Numbered from the whole stretch's first letter, positions 36,362-49,024 are shown. The stretch: DNA of 54,236 nt, filler included, from Piptocephalis cylindrospora (GCA_003614145.1; 3 parts of 3 records of this genome joined end to end with filler, not necessarily neighbours in it); one strand, 5' to 3'. Notes: generated from the letters alone by a model not told the origin. A program made the numbers and translations.

Positions 36362-37656
36362 GCTGGACATTCCTCCCCCCTGAGGGGGCCAGTGGATCGG
36401 AGGGGGGGGGTGGAGGGGGAGGGGCAGATGAGGAGGGGGAGGAGAGGGAGTACGCCATGGCCGCGGATGCTGAGGTTGAGGGGGACGATGTGGAAACCAG
36501 GATAAAAAAAAAAAAAGGTAAGAGATAGGGTGAGGATTGTAAGTAGGCTTATTAAGTGTATACCACAAGAGCGGAAGATGAAAAGGGAAGGAGGGGAAGG
36601 AGAAAAGAAAGGGTGGGGGATTGTTGAGAAGAGCAAAGGGAAGAGTCGATGAGTGTGAATGGGAGGCGCGCGCAGAATGGCGAAAGGTAATGTGTGCTGC
36701 ACTGCAAGCGTATGAAGGCAGACGGTTGAGGGAATGTGCAATGTGAGTGTGGGATGCTGGGGAGAAGGGGAAGGGGGGAGAGGGCGAGAGGGATGATACC
36801 CTTGATCTCTCTTGGCTTGGCAGCACGCTATTTAAAGGGGCACACTGTTGGTGTGAGGGGGAGGGATCCCTTCACCAGGCCCCTTCTCTCCCTTATCCAC
36901 AGACATGGGGATGTGAGGGGGTAGAGGGGATAGGGAAGGAATAGGATGGTAATTTACGGATAAAGTCACAGTAGTATCCTGTGCTACTGTCAGCACAACT
37001 CACTCTAATGTCCAGAAATCATGGGTATCCAGTAGTGCCAAAATAGATGCGTGCACACACACACACACCAACAGGAAAGATACGGACCGAGAGAGAGCCG
37101 GTCGAGGAGTCATCGACACAGATACCTGTTCCACCATATGCGCCTAGAGGATTAGAACCAATTCCTGCCATTGCCTCCCTCTCGCGAAAAGGTGATCGGA
37201 TACGGTTATAAAGATCGGCAAATACAGGTCAGGTTGGAGGGGTATATTTACTCCGTGCACGGACCACCTCTGAAAATATCTCATGACCTCACTGAAATGT
37301 CCCCCGACATAGTGTCCGACTTGTCCCTATCTTAATGTGCTCGCCCGTCTTTCTTTAGATGGGGGTATCTCGTTACACTGTGCTCGACTCCTCCAACACT
37401 AGAGCAGCACATGCACACATGCCAACAGATCCCTTTTTCTTGGTGCATGTGTGCACAATCTAGGGATCTAAAAATAGTCTCCGCGGAGCTTGGACTTTCA
37501 TCCCAAGGATCGAACTTTTTCTGATGCAACGCCAAAAAAGGGATTATCTCTTGGTCATATCAAGTCAGTTTATACAATCCGGGATACAGGAAAAAAAATT
37601 TCCAGCAGGAATTATATTCCATATCTCAACCCTACTCTCATCCTCATCTCCACGGA

Positions 37657-38316
37657 CTAGTCCATGAAGGCCCTAACCAACTGATCCAAGGAGCTCATCG
37701 CTTGATTCGTAATGTGATATGGGCCTTTACTGGAGGGAAGGGTTGCCGTCCCAACGGTTCTCTCTTGCGACTCTGTTTGATTAGAAATATCCTGGTAGAA
37801 AGCGTCAAGATGGCTCTGGAGCTTGGGGGAGGGTAGGGGTTGGGAGACGCTAAGACTGGCCAAGTCGTACAGACGAGTCATCCACCTGACTAAATCCCTG
37901 GCAGTGAGAATTTCCTTGAAGACCCCAACTTTCCTCAGAGGCGTGATCACAGCCTTGATGAGTGGGAAGGCTTGAAGATCCTCAATGGTTTGGAAAACAA
38001 GGGCATCTGCGATGTCTCGATCTGTCCAGTCTGTCACATGAGCCTGAGCGACGACTCTATCCAAGACAGCTCGGAGACTGGCGAGATCCTCATTGGTCAC
38101 CTTTAAGGGCTCGATTTTCATGGAATAAACCTCTGGTATGGAATTGGGCCTTGTGGACGTAGAGGGATCTAGAATCTGCATCTCAATGGGTACGGGGGGA
38201 GGTGCATTGGATGGGGAGATAATAGAGGACAGTGGGCTGGTCAGGGGGGAGGCGTTCAGCATAGCCACCAGGGCCAATAGAGGGAGAAAGAGGTGCTGGG
38301 TAGCGAAAAACGACAT
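37657..38316 (-). CDS. Secreted orphan protein, 219 aa (left-arm copy)
   Basis: Signal peptide MSFFATQHLFLPLLALVAMLNA; CT-rich leader; identical to 52282..52941. Confidence 0.75.
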   Translation of the reverse strand: MSFFATQHLFLPLLALVAMLNASPLTSPLSSIISPSNAPPPVPIEMQILDPSTSTRPNSIPEVYSMKIEPLKVTNEDLASLRAVLDRVVAQAHVTDWTDRDIADALVFQTIEDLQAFPLIKAVITPLRKVGVFKEILTARDLVRWMTRLYDLASLSVSQPLPSPKLQSHLDAFYQDISNQTESQERTVGTATLPSSKGPYHITNQAMSSLDQLVRAFMD

Positions 38317-39320
38317 GAAGAAAGTTGGACAAGGAAGGAGTGAAAGAGGAAGGAGTGATGAAGGAGAGAGTGATGAGGGAGAGGGTGGTGGAGGAAGGAT
38401 GGTGTAGTGGGTTGGGTTGGTGGTTCCTTGGGTCTAATTTCCATTTGTCCTTTTATTTTAAAAGAAAAATAAGGAGTCAATTTAGCGGCAAGAGCAAGGT
38501 CTATTAGCTACCAATACCAGATCATCTGGAAGCAAGGTACTTAAGTTAGATACCGTTTACTTCTTCCCATTATGCTATATACATTCTTCCCCCGCACCCG
38601 ACGTTTCTAGTAACCACAGGGGAAGGGCTGGATGTATTGTTTTGGCCAGTGGTCAAGGGACCCTCTCTCTAATGTAACTTGAAGCATCTGATATGTCGAG
38701 ATTTTGCTCTATACCTCAATTAAACGCTCTTTCATGGAGCTTGGTGAGGAAGTTGGTACCACAGCCAAGGAAGAGTGCTAGTCGTCATGGTTCACAGTAA
38801 AAAAAAGGGAGTATCCGAGACTTGGATGATAATTGGCGGTTCAGGAGAACGATTCATATTGGATCCTGAAGCTCCACTATGCAGCGGCATCGATCGTGCA
38901 CCATGGCCATGCGTCCTTCGCCCGAAGATAGTATGGCCAGCCCTATAAAGTATTAAAAAGTATACGCGAGGATAAACCTCGAGGCTTCTCACAGATCAAG
39001 ATGCATTAGGCATATATACCATTCACTATCCCCTGTTGAGTGAGACGTGCAGAGAAGATGTCGCAAGAGACTTTCACACTCTTAGGAACGTTATACAAAC
39101 GGAAGCTACATGGCATTTGACTTATTCCCGGAAAAGACAAGGGCACTTGGAGAATTTACATTGGGAAGAAAAAGGAAAGGTAATATAAGGTCACTCACAA
39201 CGGAAACCATAGATGAGCGCGCTCATGTCAAGGTGGAAAGAGAAAAAGATATGATCTAATATAATATAGTCTAGTCTAATGCATGAGCTACCCCTAGAGA
39301 CACATGTATACAACACACAA

Positions 39321-40217
39321 CTATTCAGAGCCAGCCTCGGTCTGCTCACCATTATCGAAAACGGAGATATCAGCCTTCTCAATGGCATTGGAGAAGTTGG
39401 ATCGATGCGCCTCAGAGGGGAGGAGGACACGGGCGGAGCGATTATTGGTGATGAGGGAATGAATGCGATTGACGGCATCGTTGACAATCTGAAGGACGCG
39501 AACAAAAATGGAGTCTTCAGGGACATTGAGGGAGATGCGGATAATCTCATTGGTGACGATGACAGTTGAGGTGATGATGGAGAAGATGTCACTAAATTGC
39601 AGAGAGCCCTTGCCATTTCCAATGTCCTGGAGGGTTCTCAGAACGTTCTCCAAAAGAGCGACAACATCATCCGCATGGGTCAGTCTGACAACTTGCGGAA
39701 GTATGGGCTTGCCGTTCGAGTCCAAGTTGCGGGGTACATGGGGAATTCCAAAGCCTCCGAGAATATCAATCCTCTGGAGGATAGGGCCAATGATCGGGAC
39801 ATTGGAGGTAGAGTAGAGCAGCATGGTGATGACGCTCTGAGCAAGAGGGTTGGTCACGAAGGGAGAGTTGACGATGAATTTGGCAATCCCGGCAATCAAA
39901 TCATCGATCAGTTTGGTCACACGAGGAGCTACGATTTCGCCGGGGCCGTTGAGACCGGCGGCAATGTCACCCACATCGCTGGTGACCCCGCCTTTCATGC
40001 CGTTCGCGACATTGGAAGCGGCATCGTCAGTGCCATTGATACTATCCGTAATGAAAGTAACCTTGGGACTGTCAGTGCTATTGGCAGGGGCCATTGTGTG
40101 GGGCATAGGGGAGGCTAAAGTGGGCCTTGATCCAGTGTGGACGGGGACGGCCGGAATGGCAATGACCATGCCCAAGGTCAGAGAAAGGATAATGAGAGCA
40201 GTGGCGGCGACCTTCAT
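39321..40217 (-). CDS. Secreted orphan protein, ~298 aa, amphipathic helical (left-arm copy)
   Basis: ATG at 40217 gives signal peptide MKVAATALIILSLTLGMVIA; identical to 50381..51277. Confidence 0.78.
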   Translation of the reverse strand: MKVAATALIILSLTLGMVIAIPAVPVHTGSRPTLASPMPHTMAPANSTDSPKVTFITDSINGTDDAASNVANGMKGGVTSDVGDIAAGLNGPGEIVAPRVTKLIDDLIAGIAKFIVNSPFVTNPLAQSVITMLLYSTSNVPIIGPILQRIDILGGFGIPHVPRNLDSNGKPILPQVVRLTHADDVVALLENVLRTLQDIGNGKGSLQFSDIFSIITSTVIVTNEIIRISLNVPEDSIFVRVLQIVNDAVNRIHSLITNNRSARVLLPSEAHRSNFSNAIEKADISVFDNGEQTEAGSE

Positions 40218-41314
40218 GTTTTCTAGAGGAAAAGGCACAGAAATTTTTATTATCGGTATAGAGAGGAAGGGGGATCACTTAGTGGTGGGGGAGAACGGCA
40301 TGTATTATATTTGAAGATAGGCTCTTTCCCCTTTTAACCCTTTCCCTGGGTTCCATTCGTATCGCGAGGAAAAGTCGAGGGGGAAAGAACGGGAGAAGGA
40401 ATGTGCTCGAGGCCTCTCTTAACCAACCAAGCAACCATTTCTTCAAAGGAAGATAAATTATTGCAGTTTCCACGGAAGGAGCACATCAAGGGGGAAAAGA
40501 AAGGAGGCCTTCGCCATGGTATTATCTCCGATTAACCACCTCGTCCAGGCCTAGATTCATGATATTCAAAGAAAATTCGTAAAGTGAGATACCATGTGCT
40601 TTGGTTGAGCATTTTAAAGGGGTATTCTCTCATTAGGCTCTAGATTACCCAAGGTTATTGGGAGAGCGAGACATCTTGGCTCCACAAGACATGAGCCATT
40701 CAGGAGAGAGGGGTGATCTCTAAGGATCTTTGAAAATGCAACAACTTCGTCGTCCGATTGACTCGAACCAAGGACTATGGGGAGCTCATCACCATGGGAC
40801 ACACACCAAAGGGGAAGGGTGGGGAAAAGAATGGGATGAAAACGGACAATTATTTGAAGCCTTCTCTTGACGGAGAAAATGGCTATTTGTTCATAAATTC
40901 TTTACCTGGCTCTCGCTGAGGATGGGGGCCATACTAGGTGATATTGTCGGTCGCCTTTCTTTTTGATAGAAGCATAGTAACCATGGGATTGATGAGGGCC
41001 AGCTTCCGCATTTCGAGACGTTGTTTTGATACGAGTTACAAGAAACGAGAATATGTTAGTTCCAACATGACGCTTTGTTCAAATCCGGATGGTCCTGTAT
41101 AGGTCACTATATTTACTTGGAGGCCTTCATTGTCGGAGAATTGATAGGTCGATCAATTTTGAGCCCATATTATTGATCAAACACATAAACTCATTACATT
41201 CAATGGTAACAAAGGAGTGTATTAATAATGGATGGGTGGAAGGACAATCCAAGAGGCATGTGTTGATATTTTTATTTTCCGGAGTAGCCTTCCTCTTTTC
41301 ATCCTTCCTTCTAG

Positions 41315-42081
41315 GCATGACCAGGATCAACTTTCAGCCCTACAGTCATACTCAGCTTCACCAGATTATCACATCCAGACTCAAGGACGTGACAGGATTT
41401 GATGCCGAAGCGGTGGAGTTGTGCGCTCGTAAGGTCGGGGCTGTGTCTGGGGATGCCCGTCGGGCCTTGGACATTTGTCGGTAAGTTTTCCTGATGCGGT
41501 ATAGAGGGCTCGAGAGTGTCCACTTTTTCTAATTTTCCACCTCTTCCATATCTATAGGATGGCTGTAGAATTGGCTGAGATGGAGGTCAAGGAAAAGGGT
41601 GGAAGATTAGAGGATGCCAGGGTGACTATTGGTTTAATTCACAAGGCGGTTCGGGATATGTTTGCCACTCCAGCCGTTGCATGTGTCCGGGATGCGGCTC
41701 TTCAGGAGAAGATGTTCCTCACCGCTTTCCTCAAGTCCCTTCGACGGACTGGGACGGGCGAGTCTACTCTAGGAGAGGTGAGTGCGCCTTTGATTGGCAA
41801 TAGAGGTACTCTAGCCAATGGTTCCTTGCATAAACTAAATATTTTCATTCTAGATCATGGATCAGCATGCTTTGCTATGCCGTATTGCTGGAATCCCTTG
41901 TCCGCCAAAGTCATCCCTAGAAATTGTCTCCTACACCCTCTCCTCCACAGGGCTGATCATCATTGAGGCCAATAGCACTCGAGGTGGAGGGAAGGGTGGG
42001 AGGGTGAGACTAGGGGTCGGAGAAGAGGATGTTAGCATGGCCTTACGAGATGATCCGCTCTTCCGGCCCCTCGCCCCATGA
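41315..42081 (+). pseudogene. ORC1: 3' fragment (last three exons) of origin recognition complex subunit 1; 5' part absent
   Basis: [23 protein letters not shown]...[24 protein letters not shown], then winged-helix LQEKMFL...RVRLGVGEEDVSMALRDD. Exons 41315-41480, 41558-41777 and 41854-42081. It begins at an intron acceptor 17 nt from the repeat boundary. Confidence 0.85.
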
Positions 42082-42245
42082 GCGATGGGGACAAGTTGGG
42101 CATGGCAAATATATCCTTCTTTACACAACGTAGGGCCTGTGTAATATGGATAGACATAGTGAGATTGTAAGGGAATGTGCATTCTATAGCAAAGCACAGA
42201 TCACACCGTTGCCCCATATCCTCAAAGATTATATGGGCAAAAGAG

Positions 42246-42728
42246 TCACACAAAATACCCGGTACCCATCTGTGAAAAGGCCGGAGACCATTCTGCAATA
42301 GGAGAATTATTAATAGGATTGGATGCGGGGACTGGGAGATCGGGACGGAGATGAATGTTGAAGAGTCGGGCTAGAGTCTGTACGTATTCTTCGGTTAAGG
42401 CCGGAGGCGGGGTATCATCCGAGGATGGTGACGGATGACTCGTGTTCGTGTTATTAATAATAGGACGGGGTGTCAGGAGGGCTTCCAGTTGCATTTGCTC
42501 AACAGTTTTGATGAAGTGACCCGGCTTAAGTCGTTCATCATCGGGTTGGGGCTGGTCCAGGGGCTGGACCCCCTCTTTCTCGGAAGTTGAAGGTTGCTCA
42601 GTGGGTAACGGCTGTTGAGAGCTGGAAGAAACGCTCGATGGGATGCTGGCCGGAGAAGCCCTTTGCAGAGGGGTGAGGATCAAGAGGACGAGCACAGCAT
42701 GAATAATGAGTAGGGTAAGGTAGGGCAT
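42246..42728 (-). CDS. Small secreted Pro/Ser-rich orphan protein, ~160 aa
   Basis: ATG at 42728 gives signal peptide MPYLTLLIIHAVLVLLILTPLQRA. Confidence 0.6.
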   Translation of the reverse strand: MPYLTLLIIHAVLVLLILTPLQRASPASIPSSVSSSSQQPLPTEQPSTSEKEGVQPLDQPQPDDERLKPGHFIKTVEQMQLEALLTPRPIINNTNTSHPSPSSDDTPPPALTEEYVQTLARLFNIHLRPDLPVPASNPINNSPIAEWSPAFSQMGTGYFV

Positions 42729-43947
42729 GCTGGGCGTATAGGATGATAGAGGAGGGGACGAGGGCAAAGAAGCCGAAGGATGGATAGGAGAATCCTTGAG
42801 GCCAAGGCAGGGGGCAAGGCAAGGAGGGAGGATGGTGGCATATAAAGCGGATGGCGGGTCAGGTATCTCCACCTTCTCTTTTAATGGCAGTATTCGTTCT
42901 CAGATAAGGCGGAAGGTAAAGTGTGAGGCAATCGGATATGTTGTGTAATTTTGGTCAATTAAACACATTCATGCCCCGAAAAGAATATGGCTGATATGGG
43001 ATGAAAATACTAGGATGACCCAGGTTCAACCATCAATATTAAACCAAGATCTGAAACGTTCCATAAGCGTAGCAAGCCCTGCATCCTCTTCATAGAATGT
43101 AGGACATCGACGATGAGTCAAAGGAGCAAGGGGATGTCATCTTCCTTCTCTGGATAGGGTCTCCTACCTCTTTTCAGTTGGACAAGCTACTAGAGCTATG
43201 ATAAACAGGATGAACCTTATACGTTTTAAAAATATTTTTACATCCACCTCCATTCTTACGTGGAATAGCCGGGTAGAGGAGGCTGGGCCATGGGTAGAAG
43301 ATCCGCTTCGTGGCAATATGCATTGTAACTGCCTCGTAGGCGGAAGCCACAACCTTACTGATAAAGCCACAACCCTACATGCTGAATCATAGATCTACGA
43401 GTTTTACATTACCAGATTGGGAAGCACATCACTTTTTTTATCCCTTATTCGTCCTGTCCCTTTGTTTCTCCCATCATACTTACCTTCCTTTTATTACTCA
43501 CACCTCGCCTTTACAAGGGATGTCAAGAATTAGAGGCATGGGAGACCAGGCTCCCTGTAAATCCCCCTCATTGCATCGACATGTGGTCATGGGGGAAATG
43601 CATTAGGCCCCTGTTTGTGACTAGCATCTCAAGGGGACCTCTCTCATGCCTCCCATCGTCCACCATGCTTTTTACCCCGAAATTTGACCAGATCTTAGTA
43701 TTAACACAGCATCGCCTTTACCTACAGCTGGATAGGAAGACGATAGTCGTGACTCATGAGCCGCTCCTGCCATCCTGGCACGTCGGTCCTACATAACAGC
43801 TCAAATCTAATAATATGCAAAATGCTCTTAAAACATGTATTTTAGAAGGTGGATGATCTCCAGAAAACGGGAAAGGGGCCAATAAGAAGGTAGAACGAAA
43901 GAGGGGAGAAGAGAAGAGAGAAAGAGTGAGGAAGGAGAGAAAGGCTC

Positions 43948-45204
43948 CTAAGCAGAATCAAAGGTGACGGAGGGATCCACCAGTAGGGTAGGGGCCATGG
44001 GGGGCAGGACGGACCATGGTGAACTGGTATGAGGAGCCATGGATCCCAGCATGTTAGCGCTCACCATACGGTCGGTCTCGGTGGGCAGAGGAATTTCGGA
44101 TCCAAAGGCAGATTCATGAGCCTGAAGCAACCAGGAATCTCCGACATGATTGTCCAGGGGGCCGGGGACGGCGGCAATAGACGATATGGTGGGAGAGGCA
44201 TGAGGGAAAAAGTCCTGGGAGGTAAGGGCAGGGGACACGTTGGCAAAGAGATCTTGGGGTGCAGTACCAGAAGCAGTAGCCATGACTAGGTCCTTATCAG
44301 AGTCGAGCATGCTCGTCAGATAGCTAGGCAGAAGAAAATCGTAGGATGAGGGGGAGGGGGAGGAGGCTGCAGAGCAAGTGAGGTCGAGCTGTGGGGGCGG
44401 GGTAAAGGGCAGGATTTGGGACTCATCCTGAACGGTAGGCGAAGGGGTGAGGAAAGGCAGGGAATAGGGTATGACCTGATGCTCTATGGGGCTGTACTCG
44501 TGCTGGGCTGTTTGATGAGCGTGGTGATGAGGATGGCCATGGTGATGAGAATGGATATGATCATACCCGGAACGGGGACTGGAAATAACCTTTCCCTTCC
44601 TCGGAAGGGCAGAGATGGATCCCGAGGTCTTCTTCAAGCCCTTCTTCCTTGGAGCATACTTATAGCCGGGGTACTTGAGTAGATGCTCACGCTTTCCCTG
44701 ATCAGCCAGCCTCTTGTAATGTTCTTTCACACTGGCAGGCTCGCTCCCCCACCATTTGGCAACTATCCTGGAGATGTCCCGGTTATCCACACTGGGATTA
44801 AGGCGGATAACCTCATGCTGCTTGACCTTTCTATATGTCATAAAAGAATTTAGCGGCCTAGGCACCCTGGAGGAGGGCTGGGAAGAAGAGCTGGGTGGAT
44901 TGGGGACGGTGGAATGCCTACGGGATTTCTCTTGGGGCAGGGAGGAAATGGGGTCTTCCTGAGGAAAGATCACGGGAGCCAATGGTACCGAGGGGAGAGA
45001 GTAGAAGGAATCGGGAAGGTTTAATGGGGATGGCTGAGGGTGGAAGGAGGGAGAGGAGGAAGACGAAGTGGGGGATGAAGTGGTGGTGGAAGAGATGGGA
45101 GAAGGATAAGACACTTCCAGTGAGTGGGACGGGGTCAATGGGAGGAAAGCAGAGGAGGCGGGATGGGATGGGTAGGAGGGAAGGGGGTTTGGAGGAGAAT
45201 CCAT
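43948..45204 (-). CDS. MATA_HMG/SOX-type HMG-box transcription factor, ~418 aa, intronless
   Basis: RVPRPLNSFMTYRKVKQHEVIRLNPSVDNRDISRIVAKWWGSEPASVKEHYKRLADQGKREHLLKYPGYKYAPRKK (~44640-44870); Ser/Pro-rich flanks; TATTTAAA on the - strand near 45352-45359. Confidence 0.92.
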   Translation of the reverse strand: MDSPPNPLPSYPSHPASSAFLPLTPSHSLEVSYPSPISSTTTSSPTSSSSSPSFHPQPSPLNLPDSFYSLPSVPLAPVIFPQEDPISSLPQEKSRRHSTVPNPPSSSSQPSSRVPRPLNSFMTYRKVKQHEVIRLNPSVDNRDISRIVAKWWGSEPASVKEHYKRLADQGKREHLLKYPGYKYAPRKKGLKKTSGSISALPRKGKVISSPRSGYDHIHSHHHGHPHHHAHQTAQHEYSPIEHQVIPYSLPFLTPSPTVQDESQILPFTPPPQLDLTCSAASSPSPSSYDFLLPSYLTSMLDSDKDLVMATASGTAPQDLFANVSPALTSQDFFPHASPTISSIAAVPGPLDNHVGDSWLLQAHESAFGSEIPLPTETDRMVSANMLGSMAPHTSSPWSVLPPMAPTLLVDPSVTFDSA

Positions 45205-48200
45205 GGTAAAGGAGGGAATGAAGGGAAGGGTCAAAGGGGGGAAGGAAATGCTAGGAGAGAGGAAGGAGGATGCTGTAATAGAAGAAGAGGCGCAGAGGAG
45301 ATGGGAAGAAAGACAAGAGGGAAGGAATGGGGATGGGGCCAATACCAAGGTTTAAATAGGTAATGGGGATCTCGGAGATGAATCAGAGCAGAAGCAGTCT
45401 GTGGTCAATTTCTGAGGCAGAGTGACTGGGCAAAGTGGAATCCGGTGGGGAGGGGGAGGGGTGGCGCCGATCGACCAATGGGAGCAAAGAGGAGTGGATG
45501 AGATGTGCTGTACCAGGGAGCCGGAAAGAGACGATGGTAATAGGAGGGAATGGGACGGGGGGTCCAGGAGGTCAACTGGGAGGGGATGGGGCGAGTAGGA
45601 AGGACAGGGTTTATGTGTAACGTAGTGGACGGACGAGAGGGGGATAGGCCGAGAGGGATGAAGTGGAAGGGGGGAATGGCTGCAGGCAGGATGGCTGCAG
45701 TGGGACTGGGGAATGGACGGGGGTTGCACTGACGAAATGAGCTCTAAAAAGGATATAGGAAAGATCCCTTAAATTCTGGACGAGGATGGGACAGAAACTG
45801 GGCTTGGTAGAGTGTGGCCAAGAAGGCGTCGGAGTGGACGCGCGTGCCTGTGCGAGGTAATGGGGACGAGCGGGGGTTGAATGTGTGAGGTGGGGAAGGA
45901 GAAGGGGTTTTAAGCGGAGTGAAAGAGTGTGAGGAAGGGAGGGGAGAGAGAGAGGGAATCGATCCAATCAAGGTTGAAGGTAGTATAGAGCGAGAGGGAG
46001 GGAGGGTAGGTGACTTCGAAAGGAAAGGTACAAAGATTGGGCACAGCCGTCTTGCACCGTAAGGTAGGTGAGAGGAGGGAGGGCAGTCTACCGAAATGGG
46101 AGGCTGGGGCCTATGAGGTCGGGAGGGAAGGGGGTGCGGTAGACGGTGGGAAGGGGTAGCACAGACTCAGCAGGTGGGAGGTCCTAACAAAAGGGGAGAG
46201 TTTTCGATATGGCTGCGGTACGAGTATGAATCGATCGACGCTGCCTTTGGAGAGGAATGGGAGAGGATGGGTTTGAGGAGAGGTACGGATGAGGAGAGTG
46301 TGGACGAAAGGGGGGGATATGGGGAGAAGGCGAGAAGTGTGATGGAACCTATCAAGGTGTCCTTGGCGGTAAGGTAACGTATGGAGGGAGGGGAGGAGAG
46401 GGGAGGAAGATAGGGAGGGTGGAGAGTATGGAAGCTGCAAGTGAATGTGATGTAAAGATGTAGAGATCCGTTGCGTCCTGCATTTGGCCTCTGGTCCTTT
46501 TTAACTACATCTCAATCCTGTGCGGGACTCACATGGGTTCTTGCTGAAGGGAGTGGAATAGGCCAGATTTGATTGTTGGTGATGGGCAAGACCACGCCTA
46601 TGGGAAGGTAAGGGTAAAAAATGAGATTCTATTCTTGGGAACTCAACAACGATTCCATCCCTGTATCGACACTTTAGGGATTATAGGGAAAGAGGGGGAG
46701 GGGAGGAGGGGAAAAGAGTCCCTGAAATACGATCCAAGGCCCTTGTACTACCTCTCCTCCCTCTACTATCTGGACTTAGTAGTGGATTCAAGGGAATTGA
46801 GAGGAAAAGAATAGTATGTGGTTTAACATGGACAGGATTCATGGAAGGTGAAAGAACAAAGGATCATCTCCTGTCCCACCGGGACATACTCTCATTACAG
46901 TGTGGATAAAGCGTGAGACAGGCACGACAGATTCCCTTCCCCTACCCTCTCAGTCAATATAGATTCGAGGTGTTGGAGGCTGTGCATGTCAAGATAAGGA
47001 ATTCCGAGACAACATCTACAACCAGACAAGCGTATGGGGGATGAAAAGGAGAAAACAACCTTGTCGAGAAAGAAGGACAAATGATCAGTCTCATCCCCTC
47101 TCCTCAGGAAGAATGGGACGAGTAGGAGGTGATGGAAAGGATGCGTCGGCCAGTGCGAGGGCGGAGTCTTGGAAAAAGAGTATCCTTGAATGCTCCCATG
47201 ACCCTGGCATTGTCCGAGATGGGCTTGTCTGGATCTGGAAGGTGATTGCTCAAAAGAGAATAAGGATTCTGGTGGTATGCGTGCGTGAGTATGTGCGTGC
47301 GAGGGTTTTCTTTGTGTAGATGGACCCATGCAAGTCGGCGGATGGAGAGAAGAGGAAGAAAGAGGAGAGTAGAGAGAAAACAGTGGAAGCATCCAGCCAT
47401 TTACCTTCCCCCTAATCAATGATCAATGGGAAATGCGAGCATATGCCACAGTTAGACGGTTCATCAGAGCTTCTAGGAGAAAAAGAACGTGACATGTGGA
47501 AGGGAAGATGGGACCCGGGTTCAGAGAAGGGGACCCCGTCCTGAAAGGAGAAAGGCCCCTGCCCCCCGAAAAGGAGGGTGCCTTGCTCCCAAAAAAAGGA
47601 CCAAGTGTATCTGCAAAAAGGTAAGCATGCAACGAGACAGGTGCCAGCGCAATCCTCTTGGCATAAGGGAGACGAGGGTAAAGGTCATGCATCACATCAT
47701 CATCCTACATTACTGTATTCCCCATAGTCCATGTTCAATATGGGAGATGTGATATAGAAGCAGGATCCATCCATAAAACTTGAAAATGATGAACGGCGAA
47801 CGTTGTATATTTTTATTTCAGCCTCTCTCCTTCAAGGATCCTTTTGGTACCCTGGGACGAAGATGAAGAGTATGTAGGAAATGCAGATGAGAGGCACGTA
47901 CACTTTAACTAGATTTGGAAAGGTGACGTATAGACGTAATATCCGAAACTCAGAGGATGATTTATGCAAGGGCATTAGCCCATGGGCTTTTGGGCGTACC
48001 GACTGCACTTGCCACGCCATGTGTCTATTGAAGAAAGTGTACCGGGGTCTTCGGGAACCATTGCGTCTCCCGAGACCCATCACGGTCCATGAACATTAAT
48101 TTCCAGGGTATTTTATGTATCTTACACTCTGCCCACTCATTAGTTCTAGGCTAGGAGAAGTGGGGGTTAATTGGCCATATACAGGCCCACATGCTATGGC

Positions 48201-49024
48201 TCATCGGTTTTAGCACCACGAGTCCATTCCGATTCTTCATTTTCCTTCTTCATATTAGGGAAGCAATGTACAAGTACATCAATCCACTCATCTGTAATAG
48301 GTCTAAAGTGTAATTCGGCGGATGCAGCCGGTTATTTATCTGATTTAGGGATCTTCATCGAGCCGAGATATGAGTATTCTCCATCTACGATGAACGTCCA
48401 ACATTCGCATCCTCTGCGTTGAACACGACTCAAAAATGCATTGTAAAATATATAGCAATACATTCAGCATGCGTTGACAAGGGCCTCGGAATGATATAAT
48501 CAAGTGGTCGTACAGATATATGACACCTCTCTATACATTATACTTCAGCATAGTGGTGGCAATACGTATTATTAGAATTTTGTGATTTGAGAAGGGGCTT
48601 ACCCAACTACTGAGCATAATGGAGAGGAGTAATATAAGGGAGAAAGAGAACAAGTCCCTGAAGACGAGAGGAATGGTTGGAGGCAAAAGGAGGCCCTGGA
48701 TAATGAGGGAAGAATGCCACTCTAACATCAGACCACTCTAGATAATCGAACCCCGCATTACTGACTTTGCGCTCATAGATTGGATGAGCCATTAGCAAGG
48801 AACTTGGCGATGTTAGGATCACTTGAGTATTGTTTTCGCAAGTCGAAATCCCTCAAGAATAGCAATGTCCAATCGAGCTCAAGCCCCAATAGGTAGCATA
48901 CAAATGCAGAGATGTGGAGGAAAATATCATGATAAGGCGTATTGATTATCAAAGAGAAATGCATGTGAAGTACACAACGAGCAGCTAAGGTGTTTAAATA
49001 CTCCCAGGATGGTGATACACACAC

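Larger units (their letters stand above)
36362..41297. repeat. Left arm of long inverted repeat (4936 bp)
   Basis: Reverse complement of 49301-54236; every ORF is mirrored with an identical translation and coordinates summing to 90598; the match breaks at 41298/49300. Confidence 0.97.

Noticed and set aside
36968..36990. Short hairpin ACAGTAG...CTACTGT
   Set aside because: A stem of 7-9 bp is within chance expectation, with no supporting context
41089..41314. ORF 41089..41484 as an N-terminal extension or fusion onto ORC1
   Set aside because: The upstream part is non-coding-like arm sequence read through an intron remnant, and the mirrored copy (49288..49509) has no coding features
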